Shown here: positions 34,689 through 46,070 of the stretch, one piece after another
How positions within the stretch are numbered: position 1 is the first letter of the stretch
Layout of the letters: the number at the start of each line of letters is the position of its first letter
Source: an uncultured Chloroflexia bacterium
Lineage (GTDB): Bacteria; Chloroflexota; UBA6077; JACCZL01
Direction: 5' to 3'
DNA length: 64,000 nt
Assembly (NCBI GenBank): GCA_963765765.1
Contig: CAVXYC010000016.1
Span: 1 to 64,000 of the forward strand
Translations under genes and position numbers: made by a program
The notes under the pieces: generated by a model
The model's input: only the letters and a program-made list of their open reading frames with translations
Told to the model about the DNA's origin: nothing
Database searches by the model: none

Positions 34689-35354
34689 CTACATGGGCCA
34701 CTCCTCCTTCCGCCACCCCATATCGAAGAACATCCACTCGTAGCGGCTGCAGGCGTAGTAGTGGCGGGCGAGGCGGGCGCGGGTGGTGGCGTCGGTGTCG
34801 GCAGCGAGGCGGTCTAAGAGGGCGCACATCTGGACGCTCTTCTCCTGCATGACCGGGCTGGCGTAGGTCTCGATCCAGAGGCGATACAACGGATGCTCGG
34901 GAAGGGCGCGCTCGGCCAGGATGCGGCCGACGTGGGCGTAGCCCCAGAGGCAGGGCAGGGTGGCGACCATGACGTCCAGGAAGCCACCGTTCAGGGCGGC
35001 CGCGGACATGTAATTGAGGTAGGCCTCGCAGGTGGGCGCGCGCTCACCCTTCGCGAAGTCTTCAACTGTGCAGCCGAAGTGCTCGGCGGCGGCCTTGTGG
35101 AAGATGGCCTCGCCTTTGAGGATGAAGAGCGCGCCCTCAGCGAACTGGGCCATGAGCTCAGGCGTGGGCGCTTTCTGTGAGGCGGCGACGCGCATACGCG
35201 CGTACTCCATGATGTACTTGTAGTCCTGGGAGATGTAGTAGCGGAACGTATCTTCGGGCAGCGTGCCGTCAGCGATGCCGCGCACGAGCGGCAGGTTGAG
35301 CACGTCGGCCCAGATTGGCGCGGCGGGCTCGTTGATCTCGTTGAAGAAGCTCAT
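34689..35354 (-). CDS. tenA: Thiaminase II / TenA family protein
   Basis: GTLPEDTFRYYISQDY, LPCLWGY (catalytic Cys), WIETY and RYEWMFF. Confidence 0.9.
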   Translation of the reverse strand: MSFFNEINEPAAPIWADVLNLPLVRGIADGTLPEDTFRYYISQDYKYIMEYARMRVAASQKAPTPELMAQFAEGALFILKGEAIFHKAAAEHFGCTVEDFAKGERAPTCEAYLNYMSAAALNGGFLDVMVATLPCLWGYAHVGRILAERALPEHPLYRLWIETYASPVMQEKSVQMCALLDRLAADTDATTRARLARHYYACSRYEWMFFDMGWRKEEWPM

Positions 35355-35528
35355 GGGAACTCCAGGTGTTAGGAGCTAGGGGTAAGGGATCAGTGAGGTG
35401 AATGGTACTCCGGCGAGGTGTGACTTGCGCGTTCTGAGGTCAGTACTGATGGCCTTCCGGGACCGCCGACATCCTGTCGGACCGGCCTGTGAGGGCCGTC
35501 GCGGTGATGCCTGTCGGTCGAGGAGACA

Positions 35529-35568
35529 CCCCTCCCCCGGCCCCTCCCCGCGCGCGGGGAGGGGAGTT
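35529..35568. repeat. CCCTC-type REP-like palindrome
   Basis: CCCCTCCCCCGGCCCCTCCCCGCGCGCGGGGAGGGGAG. Confidence 0.6.
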
Positions 35569-35661
35569 GGGATAGGGCAGAAGGAGCGGGGAGTTGTGGA
35601 TCTGTCGCGAAGGGTCCGGGACAGGATGCCGGGCGGTCCAAGCGGCAACGCTACAAGCTCG

Positions 35662-36112
35662 TTACGGTGATGGCTCGGGGTGGCCCAGCCGGCCCACCGG
35701 GCGCGAGAAGCCGAGACCGTACGGCTCGCTGTTCTCCCATTCGCCGGCGCCGATGCCGATGATGGGCGGTCGCTGGCTCAAGTGCGCCAGGGTGAGCGCC
35801 GCCTGGGCGAGTACGACCGGGTGGCGGCGGATCGGCTCGGTCACACCGACCCCAGCCGCGGGCCTGGAGCTTTGGCGGCGAGGTAGCCAAGCACCGCCTG
35901 GAACTCGAATGGTTCGTGCGGGGAGCTGCCCGGCGCGGCGAACCAGGTGAACTCCTCGTCCAGGTCGCCGCGGGGACGAAGTCCTGGTGATGGTCCTAGA
36001 CGAACACGGAATCGAGCTGCTGGTCGCGGGCGGCCGCGACCAGCGCGTCGACGGAGCCAAGCGGGGGCCTGGCGGCGATGTACATGCCGACTTCGATTTT
36101 TCGGTGAGTCAT
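35662..36112 (-). pseudogene. Truncated LLM-class (likely F420-dependent) oxidoreductase
   Basis: GVGVTEPIRRHPVVLAQAALTL...GIGAGEWENSEPYG. Contains an in-frame stop and frameshifts, and the C-terminal half is missing. Confidence 0.75.
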
Positions 36113-36191
36113 GTCTCGTTATTTCCTTGTTTTCAGCTTGTCGCATTCGCGGCTCGGACCACATCGCGGCCGGGCGGGCGCTCCGTGCTCC

Positions 36192-36939
36192 CTACACCAG
36201 AGGTTGTAGGCTGTCGCCGGTGAGGAGATACGCCAGGACCAGGCTGGCCGGCTCGGTCGTCGCCAATTGAGCGAACGCCTTACCGGCAGCGGCTGGCGTG
36301 ACAGGCGTACCCATCTGTGCCAGGAACTGCGCTTCCGTGATGCCGGCCCGAGCCGCGTAGGCGGCCACGAACGGGCGCCCCATATCGGTCTCGTTCGTTA
36401 ACCGCGGCAGCACAGCGATGAAGCTGATGCCCAGCTCGGCGCGCCTGGCTTCTTGCCCGGCATAATCAGCCATGAAGCGCAGCGTGGATTTGGCTCCCGC
36501 GTAGCCGCCGCTCAGGGGCGAGCTCCCGAGCGACGCGCCGCTGCTCATGACCAGCACCCGGCTGCCGGGTTTGAGTGGCAGCAACAGCACCTCGCGCAGC
36601 CATTGAAACCCGATCCGCACGTCGCTGTTCCAATTGGCTGAGAAGGTTTCCCAGGTGTGGTCCTGAAGCGGCCCGGGCTGGACCCGCGCACCGGCCACAA
36701 GCGCCAGAATGTCCGGCTCGGTGCCGCTGGAGCAGCGTCCGGGCGGCCCACGGTTCCGTGGCGTCGGCGACCTCGACAACAATGCCCGCTCTGGAGCGGG
36801 CAAGCTCAGTCAGACATGCCCCATCCCGCGCCACCGCGACCACGGTCGCTCCGGCGGCATGGAAAGCCTCCGCGATCCCGCGCCCCAACCCCCGGCTGGC
36901 GCCCACCACGAGTGCCGTCTTCCCTGTCAGCTCGTTCAT
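36192..36939 (-). CDS. SDR oxidoreductase (frameshifted)
   Basis: GASRGLG and YAGAK. Confidence 0.88.
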
Positions 36940-37419
36940 TTGACCCTCCTATTGGTCTCCGCCTGCGTTCTGGTCTCGACGCCCGGATGGTCCGGGCCGT
37001 CACTGATGCAGACACCCCGACATTCGAAAAGTGGGCGCACACCCTCGGAACCGATCGTGGCGATGGACCGCTTCTCGATGGCTACTCACCGGGCAACGTT
37101 TGCAGGGCCGCGGAACGAGGCGAGCCGAGGGAGGACCACCCGCGCCAGCTCCGCGGTGGCGTGTCGGAGGCGCGTTGCTCAGGGAGAGTAGGCAAGCACC
37201 CGCGCCGTGACCCAGTCGTACGTGCGCGGCGCCCTGGCGCCCGCCACAGAGCCGCGCCAGAGCAAGCGATTGCTCTGTGCGCGCCCTAGCCAGCGGCATC
37301 TCAGGAGGGACCTCTCCGCGCGCGGCTCTGTTCGGTGGTGGCAGACCGCCTGGTCGCGGGCGGTGAGCATGCCGGCTGGGCGTGACCGGCCGCCGCCCGC
37401 ACGGCGGCGGTCACACCGC

Positions 37420-38217
37420 TTAATCCACCAGCGCGCCGCCGGTGAGGTTGGCGATGGCACCCGTCATCCCGCCGGCGCGATCAGAGGCTACGAAGGCCGC
37501 GTAATCAGCGACTTCGGCAAGTGTCGGGAGGCGCTTCAGCAACGTGGTGCGCGCTAGCTCCGAGAGCCAGGCGTCTACGGTCAAACCAGAGAGCCCGGCC
37601 ATGCCAGCGAAGAGCTCGCGCGTGTGCGACGTGGCCACCGCTTCTGGAATTGCATGTGGGCGTAGACCCACTACGCGGATGCCGCTGGGACCGAGCTCCC
37701 CCGCGAGGATGCGTGAAAGCGCCTCGACGGCGGCGGCGGAGACGCCGTTTCCCAGAAACCCCTGACCCGACATCCGCGCTCCCGGCCCTGGCGAGAGCAC
37801 GAGAATGACGCCAGAGCCCTGTTTGGCCATATGCCGCGCGGCTGCCTTCGCAGTCAGGAACATTGTTCGCGTGTAGGCCGTGATGGGATGTGCGTAGTCT
37901 TCCAGAGACAGCTCCGCGAACGGAGTGCCCTGGACATGGGAGATGCCAACCGCGTTCAGTGCGATGTCGATACCACCCACCTTCGCCGCCACTGCGTCGG
38001 CGTGCCTATCGACAGCTCGCTCGTCCATTGCGTCGACCTCCGCGGTCTCCGCCCTCCCGCCCGCGGCAACTATTTCCTCAGCCACCTGGTCCAGTTTGGC
38101 AAGAGTGCGCCCCGCAAGAAAGACCGTCGCTCCCTCTCGAGCAAAAGCACGGGCAACCGCCCCGCCGACTGAACCACCGCCTCCGTAGATCACCGCAACC
38201 TTGTCCTTCAGCAACAT
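37420..38217 (-). CDS. SDR oxidoreductase
   Basis: KVAVIYGGGGSVG, GGIDIALNA, ELGPSGIRV and MTGAIANLTGG. Confidence 0.9.
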   Translation of the reverse strand: MLLKDKVAVIYGGGGSVGGAVARAFAREGATVFLAGRTLAKLDQVAEEIVAAGGRAETAEVDAMDERAVDRHADAVAAKVGGIDIALNAVGISHVQGTPFAELSLEDYAHPITAYTRTMFLTAKAAARHMAKQGSGVILVLSPGPGARMSGQGFLGNGVSAAAVEALSRILAGELGPSGIRVVGLRPHAIPEAVATSHTRELFAGMAGLSGLTVDAWLSELARTTLLKRLPTLAEVADYAAFVASDRAGGMTGAIANLTGGALVD

Positions 38218-38450
38218 CGCTGGCTCCTTTCTGTGTCGGTTGGGCGCGTGGCTGCCACGTTCGCCCTCCATCGACGTCCGGATCGTCCGAGCCGTCGATG
38301 ATTGCAGACACCGCGACGTCGAGAAAGTGGGCGCGCCCACCGCCCAGTTCGCCCCTCGGCCGGTGTCTCTACTGGCAGAACGACACGGCGCGTGTCGCTC
38401 GACTCGGTCACGCAACACGCTTGCGTGGCGCAACTGCAAGGAGAGGTCTC

Positions 38451-39029
38451 ATGCGAAAGCTGATTGCCGGAATGAAAGTGTCTGTTGATGGAAAGATCGA
38501 AGGGCCTGACGGTTATGCGGATTGGGTGGAGGCGTGGTCTGAGGATTACGGTCTCACCCCGCGGATAGACGCGTGCCTGCTGGGCGGCGGCATGTACCCC
38601 GGCTACGAGCAGTACTGGACCGCCATCCAGAATGAGCCGGGCAAGCCCATACCGATGACCGGCAGATTACCCACGCCGGGTCAGGTTGAATGGGCCCGCT
38701 TCGCGCTGCAAACCCCGCATTACGTCCTGTCGAACACGCTCACCTCGGCTCTCTGGCCAAATACCAGCTTCGTCCGGGGACTCAATGAAGTCGCCGCCCT
38801 GAAGGAGCAGCCCGGCAAGGACATCTATCTCATAGGGGGCGCTCGAACCACGGCGAGCCTCATCGAGGCGGGACTCGTGGAAGAGCTGCGTCTCATCGTC
38901 TACCCGCTGGTCGTCGGTGAGGGCAGGGGGCTATTCGCAACGTCCGAGCGTCGTCACGGGCTCGAGCTACGGAACGTTGAGCAGCTAGATGGCGCACGCG
39001 TCAGCCTCGTCTATGGAATCGGCAGTTAG
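38451..39029 (+). CDS. Dihydrofolate reductase-like (RibD C-terminal) protein
   Basis: VSVDGKIEGP, LKEQPGKDIYLIGG and GLVEELRLIVYP. Confidence 0.9.
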   Translation: MRKLIAGMKVSVDGKIEGPDGYADWVEAWSEDYGLTPRIDACLLGGGMYPGYEQYWTAIQNEPGKPIPMTGRLPTPGQVEWARFALQTPHYVLSNTLTSALWPNTSFVRGLNEVAALKEQPGKDIYLIGGARTTASLIEAGLVEELRLIVYPLVVGEGRGLFATSERRHGLELRNVEQLDGARVSLVYGIGS

Positions 39030-40497
39030 GTGAAGCTCATGAGCTCATCAAGCAACACGGCAACGAGAGGCTGGGTGCTGGCGCTTACGTCCGCGGCCTC
39101 GGCTATGGTCAATCTCGATTCGCTGGTCGTTACGACCGCCCTCAGCACGATCCGTCTAGACCTCGGCACGTCAATCGAGGCGCTGGAGTGGACGGTGAAC
39201 GCCTACATTCTGAGCTTCGCGGTGCTCCTCTTGACCGGCGCGGCGCTCGGCGATCGATTCGGGCGGCGGCGACTATTCGCTGCCGGCCTCGGCCTGTTCG
39301 TCGTGGCGTCGGCCGCGTGCGCACTGGCGGGCAGCATCGGCTGGCTTATCGCCGCGCGCGCCGTTCAGGGGGCCGGCGCGGCGCTGATCATGCCACTCGC
39401 GATGGCGCTGCTCAGCGTGGCGTTCCCGTCGGAAGAGCGCGGGAAGGCGCTGGGGATCTTCAGTGGCATCACCGGGCTGGCCCTCATCGCCGGCCCGGTG
39501 GTCGGCGGCGCGATCGCCGAGGGGCTCGCCTGGCAATGGATCTTCTGGATCAACGTCCCCATCGGCCTGATCATCCTTCCGCTCGCGCTAAGACGCATCC
39601 CGGAGAGCTTTGGACCGCGCAGTGCGCCCGACTTTCCGGGCCTCGTGCTCGCGACGGGCGCGGCTCTCGGGTTGGTATGGGGGCTGGCGCGCGCAAATGG
39701 CGCCGGCTGGGCCAGCACTGAGGTGGTGTTGGCGCTCGCGGGCGGGGCCGTGCTCACCATAGCGTTTGTCACCTGGGAGCGTCGCGCGCACGAGCCAATG
39801 GTGCCACCGCGGCTCTTCCGCTCGCGGGCTTTCTCCTCGGGCATTGTGGCGGGCTTCTTTCTCTATGGGTCGATCTATGGAACGCTGTTCTTCATGGCGC
39901 AGTTCCTGCAGACCGGGCAGGGCTACGGACCGCTGGACGCCGGCCGTACGATTGCTCCCCTGGACGGGCACCCTGTTTGTCGCGGCGCCCATCGCCGGCG
40001 CTCTCGTCAACCGGGTCGGCGAGCGGCCGCTCGTTAGCGGCGGACTGCTCGTGCAGGCGGTTGGCTTAGTGTGGATCGCGCTCATCGCCGCCCCGGACCT
40101 TGCCTACGCCGAGCTAATTGCGCCGCTGATCATCGCGGGCGCGGGCGTGTCCATGGCCATGCCCGCGACTCAGAACGCTATCCTGGGCGCCGTCGCCGCG
40201 CACGAAGTCGGCAAAGCCTCCGGCACGTTCAACACCTTCAGGTTTCTCGGCGGGGTATTCGGCATCGCGATCCTCGCCGCGGTGTTCGCGCAGGCCGGCG
40301 GCTTCGGCTCCGCACAGGCCTTCAGCAACGGATTCGCTCGCGCGATTGGCGTCTCAGGCATCCTGTCGCTCGTGGCAGCCGTCGCCGGGCTGTGGCTGCC
40401 CGGACGTCGCGCGATGCTATTTGCGACGGCGAGCGCAAACAGTGCGCCAGAGCCAAACAGACCGCTTGACCGCGAGGAGCGCCGCGATGCTGCTTGA
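39030..40497 (+). CDS. DHA2-family MFS efflux transporter (frameshift near 39945)
   Basis: LDSLVVTTAL, GDRFGRRR, ARAVQGAGAA and WQWIFWINVP. Confidence 0.92.
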
Positions 40498-40564
40498 GCG
40501 GGAGAACACGGTGATCTTCGGATCCCGGGATGCCATACTGGTGGGGCCACGGGGTTCCGAACAG

Positions 40565-41584
40565 GTGACAGAGAGTCTGGGCGTTGAATCAGCGGATCTG
40601 ATCCGCAGGGCGCGGGCCGGGGACGATGACGCGTTCCGCGAGCTCACCGAGCCGCACCGTCGCGAGCTGCAGGTGCACTGCTACCGGATGCTCGGCTCCC
40701 TGCAGGATGCCGAGGACGCGCTCCAGGACACGCTGTTGGCCGCCTGGCGAGGCCTCGGGGGATTTGACGGACGCGCCTCGATCCGGACATGGCTCTACCG
40801 GATCGCCACCAACCGTTGTCTCAATGCCCTTCGCTCGGCCAGCCGACGCCCCGCCAAGGAGTGGGACAATCCCCTGATTGAACCGCCCGAGCCCACTCGG
40901 CTGGGTGAGGTCATCTGGCTCGAGCCCTATCCTGACTCCCTCCTCGCGGGCGCGCTGCACGCGCCACTCGGTCCGGAGGCTCGGTATGAGCAAACTGAAG
41001 CCATCTCCCTGGCGTTCGTGACTGCGCTGCAAGTCCTGCCCGCGCGCCAGCGCGCCGTGCTGATCCTCCGCGAGGTACTCGGATACCACGCCCGCGAGGT
41101 GGCCGACATGCTTGACACGACGCTGGAGTCGGTCACCAGCGCCCTCAAGCGGGCGCGGGCCAGCCTGCAGCTTCGGCTGCCACCTGGCGAGCGCGAACCG
41201 CCTCCGGCTCCTGAGTCCCCCGCCGAGCGGGCGCTCGTTGCCCACTTCGTCGGCGCGTACGCCTCTGGCGACGTCGACGCCGTGATCGCCTTGCTTACGG
41301 CCGACGCCCTCGTGTCCATGCCACCCATTCCCTTTGAATACGTCGGCCGCGACATCGTTGCCGACTTCTTTGCCAGAGTTCTGGGTCTGGGACGGAAGCA
41401 TGACTTCCTGCCGACGCGGGCGAATGGACAGCCGGCATTCGGAGTGTACATTCGGACTCTCAATGGCGGCAGCCGGGCAAGCGGCCTTTACGTGCTCACG
41501 CTCGCAGGTGACCGGATCTCGGCGCTCACGCGTTTCGAGCCAAGCGTGCTCCCGTGGTTCGGGCTACCACAATCGCTCCCGTAG
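40565..41584 (+). CDS. ECF sigma-70 factor with a C-terminal SnoaL-like extension (SigG-like)
   Basis: HCYRMLGS..DAED, WLYRIATNRCL, LPARQRAVLILREVLG and TRANGQPAFG. Confidence 0.9.
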   Translation: MTESLGVESADLIRRARAGDDDAFRELTEPHRRELQVHCYRMLGSLQDAEDALQDTLLAAWRGLGGFDGRASIRTWLYRIATNRCLNALRSASRRPAKEWDNPLIEPPEPTRLGEVIWLEPYPDSLLAGALHAPLGPEARYEQTEAISLAFVTALQVLPARQRAVLILREVLGYHAREVADMLDTTLESVTSALKRARASLQLRLPPGEREPPPAPESPAERALVAHFVGAYASGDVDAVIALLTADALVSMPPIPFEYVGRDIVADFFARVLGLGRKHDFLPTRANGQPAFGVYIRTLNGGSRASGLYVLTLAGDRISALTRFEPSVLPWFGLPQSLP

Positions 41585-41589
41585 CGAAG

Positions 41590-41641
41590 CAAGAGTGAAG
41601 AGTGAAGAATTGGAGCTCGGAACACTCTTCACTCTTCACTG
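41590..41641. repeat. Inverted heptamer repeat between convergent genes (possible terminator)
   Basis: AAGAGTG AAGAGTG ... CACTCTT CACTCTT. Confidence 0.7.
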
Positions 41642-41645
41642 GCAG

Positions 41646-42587
41646 CTAGGCTGCCTGCGCCAGCGCCGTCACCTCGTCGCGCTCCTGCGGCGTCAGCACC
41701 CATTCCGAGGCCTTCGCGTTCTGGGTCACCTGCTCCGGCTTGCGAGCGCCGGCGATCACCGTGGCGCATTCGGGGTGGGCCAGGAGCCAGGCGATGGCCA
41801 GCTCCACCAGCGTTTTGCCGCGCGCATCGGCGAACGGGCGAATGCGGTCTACCACGTCCAGCGCGTGGTCGGTGAGATCGCGTCGGCCGTAGGGGACCTC
41901 GGCCGCGCGCGTCCCGGCCTCGGGCTCCTGGCCGCGCTGGTACTTGCCCGTCAGCACCCCGCTGGCAATCGGTCGAAACGGAATGATGCCCACGCCGTAC
42001 TCGCGGCAGGCATCAAGGAGGTGAGGATCCTGAAGACCCTCGACGATGTTCCATGAGGGCTGCACGGAGATCCACGGCGAAAGGCTGTGCTTATCCTGAA
42101 TGCCGCGCGCCTGGGCAAGCTGCCAGGCCATGTAGTTGGAGCAGCCGATGTAGCGCACTTTGCCCTGCTGAACGAGGTCATCGAATGCGCGTAATGTCTC
42201 TTCCAGGGGTGTGCTGTTGTCCGGTCGGTGCGCCTGATAGAGATCGATGTAATCGGTGTCCAGACGCTTCAGCGAGGCTTCCACGCCATCCATGATGTGC
42301 TTGCGAGAGAGCCCTGAATCGCTGGGGCCATCGCCCATCTTGCCAGCCACTTTGGTGCCGATAATGATGTCCTGGCGCTTGCCCTTCACGGCTTTGCCCA
42401 CGAACACCTCGGATGCGCCGTTGTTGCCGTAGACATCCGCCGTGTCCACGAAATTGATCCCTGCATCGAACGCCGCCTGGATGACCGCCACGGATCCAGA
42501 CTCGTCCGCGGTAGCGCCAAACGTGTTCCCACCCAGCCCGATGGCCGAGACCTTGAGCCCTGAGCTCCCTAATCGCCGGTATTCCAC
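41646..42587 (-). CDS. Aldo/keto reductase
   Basis: YRRLGSSGLKVS, VDTADVYG and DYIDLYQAH. Confidence 0.95.
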   Translation of the reverse strand: MEYRRLGSSGLKVSAIGLGGNTFGATADESGSVAVIQAAFDAGINFVDTADVYGNNGASEVFVGKAVKGKRQDIIIGTKVAGKMGDGPSDSGLSRKHIMDGVEASLKRLDTDYIDLYQAHRPDNSTPLEETLRAFDDLVQQGKVRYIGCSNYMAWQLAQARGIQDKHSLSPWISVQPSWNIVEGLQDPHLLDACREYGVGIIPFRPIASGVLTGKYQRGQEPEAGTRAAEVPYGRRDLTDHALDVVDRIRPFADARGKTLVELAIAWLLAHPECATVIAGARKPEQVTQNAKASEWVLTPQERDEVTALAQAA

Positions 42588-42719
42588 ACGCACCCTCCAG
42601 ACATAAGTCAGCCGAGAGCGGCATTCTAGCAGTGCTGAGTGGGAAGCTGATCGATAAGCGTGGAATAAGCAGCGCGGGATGCGGCTCATATCTCAGGCTT
42701 CGTCTGTTAGAAAGAGCTG

Positions 42720-44037
42720 ATGAGCACGTCGCGTTACGCGCACCTCAACTTGTTCACCGCGGGGCACGGCTACCACGAGGCGGCGTGGAGGTTCTCACCC
42801 AGCGGCGGCGGGCCGCTCACATTGCAACATTACGCCGGGCATCGCGGCGACGGCTGAGCGGGGCGTGATCGACTCGATCTTCTTCGCCGACTCGCCCGGC
42901 GTGGCCGAGTTCCGCACGCGGTATATGCCGCAGGGCGCCTACGACCCGATTGACGTGCTTGCCACGCTTATCCCGGTGACGAGCCACATCGGCTTACTGG
43001 CGACCGCATCCACCACCTACAGCGCGCCATGGGACATCGCTCGCCGCTTCGCCACGCTCGATCAGCTCAGTAACGGCCGTGCCGGCTGGAACATCGTCAC
43101 CACCACGAATCCCGCGGCGGCGCCAAATTTCGCCAATCGCGCCCATCCGGAGCACGGCGACCGATACGATCGGGCGCGCGAATTTGTGGAGGTCGTCCTC
43201 AAAGTGTGGGATGGCTGGATGGATGACGCCGTTGTGGCGTCGCAAGACGCGGGCATTTGGACCGACACCTCAAAGCTCCGTCCGCCCCGCCACAACGGCG
43301 AGCATTTTTCCGTGGCTGGTGTGCTGCCGTTTCCGCGCTCGCCTCAGGGCCACCCGGTGCTGGCCCAGGCGGGATCTTCTTCGGATGGAGTCGACCTGGC
43401 GGCTCGATTCGCCGATGTCGTGTTCACACCACAAGCATCGATGGATGCAGGCATCGCCTTCAGGGAGCGAATTCGCATGGCCGCGAAGGGCCACGGACGG
43501 GACCCGGACAACGTTCGCCTACTGCCAGGGCTCAGCTTCGTGCTGGGCAGCACGGAGGCCGAGGCCCACGCAGCCTGGGAGCTACTGGAAGCTTCATCCA
43601 GCGAGGAGTTTCGGCTCTTCAACCTGTTGCACATCACCGGCCTTCCAGCCTCGATGCTGGCCGAGGTCGATCCTGATGGTCCGTTTCCGTTCCACGTGTT
43701 CGAACGGTCGGCAGGGCACACGTTCGCCGCGGCCGTCACGAAAGTAGCCCGCGACGGAGGACTCACCTTTCGGCAAACCGCGCATCGGTTCGCAACCCTG
43801 CCCGGCGGGCTGCACTTCACAGGGACGCCGGAGAGACTTGCGGACCTTATTGAGACCTGGTGGAAGGCGGGAGCCGCGGACGGCTTTACGTTGCAGCCAC
43901 TGCGACTCCCGTCGGATCTCGACTTGTTTGTGGACCACGTAGCTCCCTTACTACAGGAACGCGGTGTGACCCGACGGGAATACTCGGCCGGAACACTGCG
44001 GGATCAGCTTGGTCTTCCGCGACCGATGAACGGTTAG
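42720..44037 (+). CDS. NtaA/SnaA/DszA-family flavin-dependent monooxygenase (N-terminal frameshifts)
   Basis: GYHEAAWR, IFFAD, ATASTTY, GRAGWNIVT, RSPQGHPV..QAGSS and GTLRDQLGL. Confidence 0.9.
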
Positions 44038-44204
44038 CCCGGATTATTCATCGGCCGCCTGGATCATTGTCATCCGGGGATTCACCATGCGGTCCGGCGC
44101 ACCGGTGCGCCATGAACACCGTCAACAATTCCCGCCGTCCGGAGGCCCGGTCATCCCTCGTGCCTCCGGGTGACAGGCGGACGAAACGGCAATACCAGGC
44201 CTGA

Positions 44205-44307
44205 GCCTCACTGTCATCCTGAGCGTCGAGCGAAGGATCTTCCCCGCCGGCGTCCTGGATAGTGCTGGGTGAGATCCTTCGCTCGGCGCTCAGGATGACA
44301 GTGAGGC
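44205..44307. repeat. TGTCATCCTGAGC-type REP palindrome
   Basis: GCCTCACTGTCATCCTGAGCG..AGCGAAGGATCT ... AGATCCTTCGCT..CGCTCAGGATGACAGTGAGGC. Other copies at 45918-46012; partial copies at about 22474-22501 and 44500-44512. Confidence 0.85.
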
Positions 44308-44342
44308 CTGGGGTTAGAACGCGAGGCGTCCGGATCCGAGCC

Positions 44343-44433
44343 GCCGTAGAGCGAAACTCCGTGCCCGCGAGTCAGCGACCCCGGGCAGTAATTTAGGACA
44401 AAGACTCGCAGTCACGGAGTCCCGCTCTACGGC
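44343..44433. repeat. GTAG-type REP inverted doublet
   Basis: GCCGTAGAGCGAAACTCCGTG ... CACGGAGTCCCGCTCTACGGC. Confidence 0.7.
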
Positions 44434-44678
44434 GCACCGGTAATGATGGCACCGGTTCCGGCGTCCATTACACGTCGGTGCGCCGGACCGCATGGCGCTT
44501 CTCAGGATGACAGTGACACAGGTGGCCGGGAAATAATCCGGGTAGTGCCCTCACAGTGCTCGCGTCAGCGAGCTAGCCCTAACCTTCGCGAATGCAAAGA
44601 AGTCCGGCGAGCTCGAGAGCTCGCCGGACTTCTTCAAATTTGCCTCGGCGGAGGCAGAGCTTAAGTTACGCGTCGCTG

Positions 44679-45236
44679 CTATTCGGGCTGGTTGCCAGTC
44701 TGCTCGGCAGCAGCAGGTGGAAGCAGGACCGCGTCAATGACATGGATGACGCCGTTGCTGGCCATGACGTCCGGTGTCTGAACGCTCGCCTGATTGATGT
44801 GCACAGAGCCGTCCATCACAGCGATCTGCACCGGCTGTCCTTGCACGGTGGTGGCTGACGTCAGGGTAATGACATCGGCCGAAGAAACTGCACCCGGAAC
44901 AACGTGGTAGGTCAGCACAGAGCGGAGCTGCTCTGGGTCGGCAAGAAGCTGCTCCACGGTGCCCGCGGGAAGCTTGGCGAATGCTTCGTCGGTCGGAGCA
45001 AAGACGGTGAAGGGTCCACTGCCTTTAAGCGTATCCACCAGGCCGGCGGCCTGGAGAGCCGTGGCTAGTGTGGTGAAGCTGCCAGCCGATACCGCTGTAT
45101 CGACAATGTCCGGCTGCATGCCCTGAGCTTCAACGGGCGATCGGCCGGCGACTGCCACCATTGCGGTCAGTGCCAGCGCTCGGACCACGGTAACCCAGCT
45201 TCTTGTGGGCGGGCGAAGCGCAACTATCGATTCCAT
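44679..45236 (-). CDS. Secreted fasciclin (FAS1) domain protein
   Basis: Signal peptide; [19 protein letters not shown] and [11 protein letters not shown]. Confidence 0.95.
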   Translation of the reverse strand: MESIVALRPPTRSWVTVVRALALTAMVAVAGRSPVEAQGMQPDIVDTAVSAGSFTTLATALQAAGLVDTLKGSGPFTVFAPTDEAFAKLPAGTVEQLLADPEQLRSVLTYHVVPGAVSSADVITLTSATTVQGQPVQIAVMDGSVHINQASVQTPDVMASNGVIHVIDAVLLPPAAAEQTGNQPE

Positions 45237-45917
45237 TCCTGGTGCCTCCTAGCACGTTCATCTGCCGCGTCAATCGCGGCCTGACATCACCTTACGGATG
45301 GTCAAAGAGCAGCAAGGAGGCGTTTCTTAGACAAAACATGGACAGACTGTGGGGCGAACGTGCGGTACCTATGTGGGTATTGGGCGGGCTGGCCGGGACG
45401 GGCGCGAGGCCCACGATCCCAGGCGGCTGCTCTCTCGCGGGGCGGCTGAACGAAGTTCTCCAGACGCGGGGAACCCGGAGGCTGGCCGCGCCAGCCCCCG
45501 GGACACGGGAGGAGATAAGGGGATTCGTTCAGCTACGCCATAGGCCCCTCCGCCACCGCAATCGCCTGCGTGCTCCGGTACTCGCGTCTTCCTATCACGG
45601 GCTACTGAGCAGAACCCCGATTCGTGCTCAACACTCCGTGATATCTAAGGAGAGATTCGAGCTACCGTTTGCTCTGCACACCCCGCGTCTGTGATGAGCG
45701 AATACTATGATTGGTCGTCGAGCCCAAACGCCGGCAGAGCATCCAATCTTTTGTTTTGCTTCTTCGTACGCGCGGCACAAATGGCACTGGCTCAAAGGTC
45801 ACGTTACGGCGAGCGGGGCGCCAACTGCATCGCAATGGGAACGATCGCAGCTTTTGAAGCCCCGATCGGTGGGCTCCAGCGACCCTCGTGGCGGTTTCCC
45901 ATCCATTCGCCGGATCG

Positions 45918-46012
45918 CCCTGTCATCCTGAGCGCCTAGCGAAGGGTTTGCCCCAACGAAGTCCAGGAGCCCGGTGGGTAAGATCCTTCGCTTGACGCTC
46001 AGGATGACAGGG
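45918..46012. repeat. TGTCATCCTGAGC-type REP palindrome
   Basis: CCCTGTCATCCTGAGCG ... CGCTCAGGATGACAGGG. Confidence 0.85.
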
Positions 46013-46070
46013 TAGCCAGGTGTCGATTCTCGATATCGATGCGGCGTGCCCGGTACTGGGCAAGTCCGAC

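Noticed and set aside
35355-35660. TPP riboswitch upstream of tenA
   Set aside because: I could not find the CUGAGA / ACCUG / UAAU-type TPP core on the coding (minus) strand.
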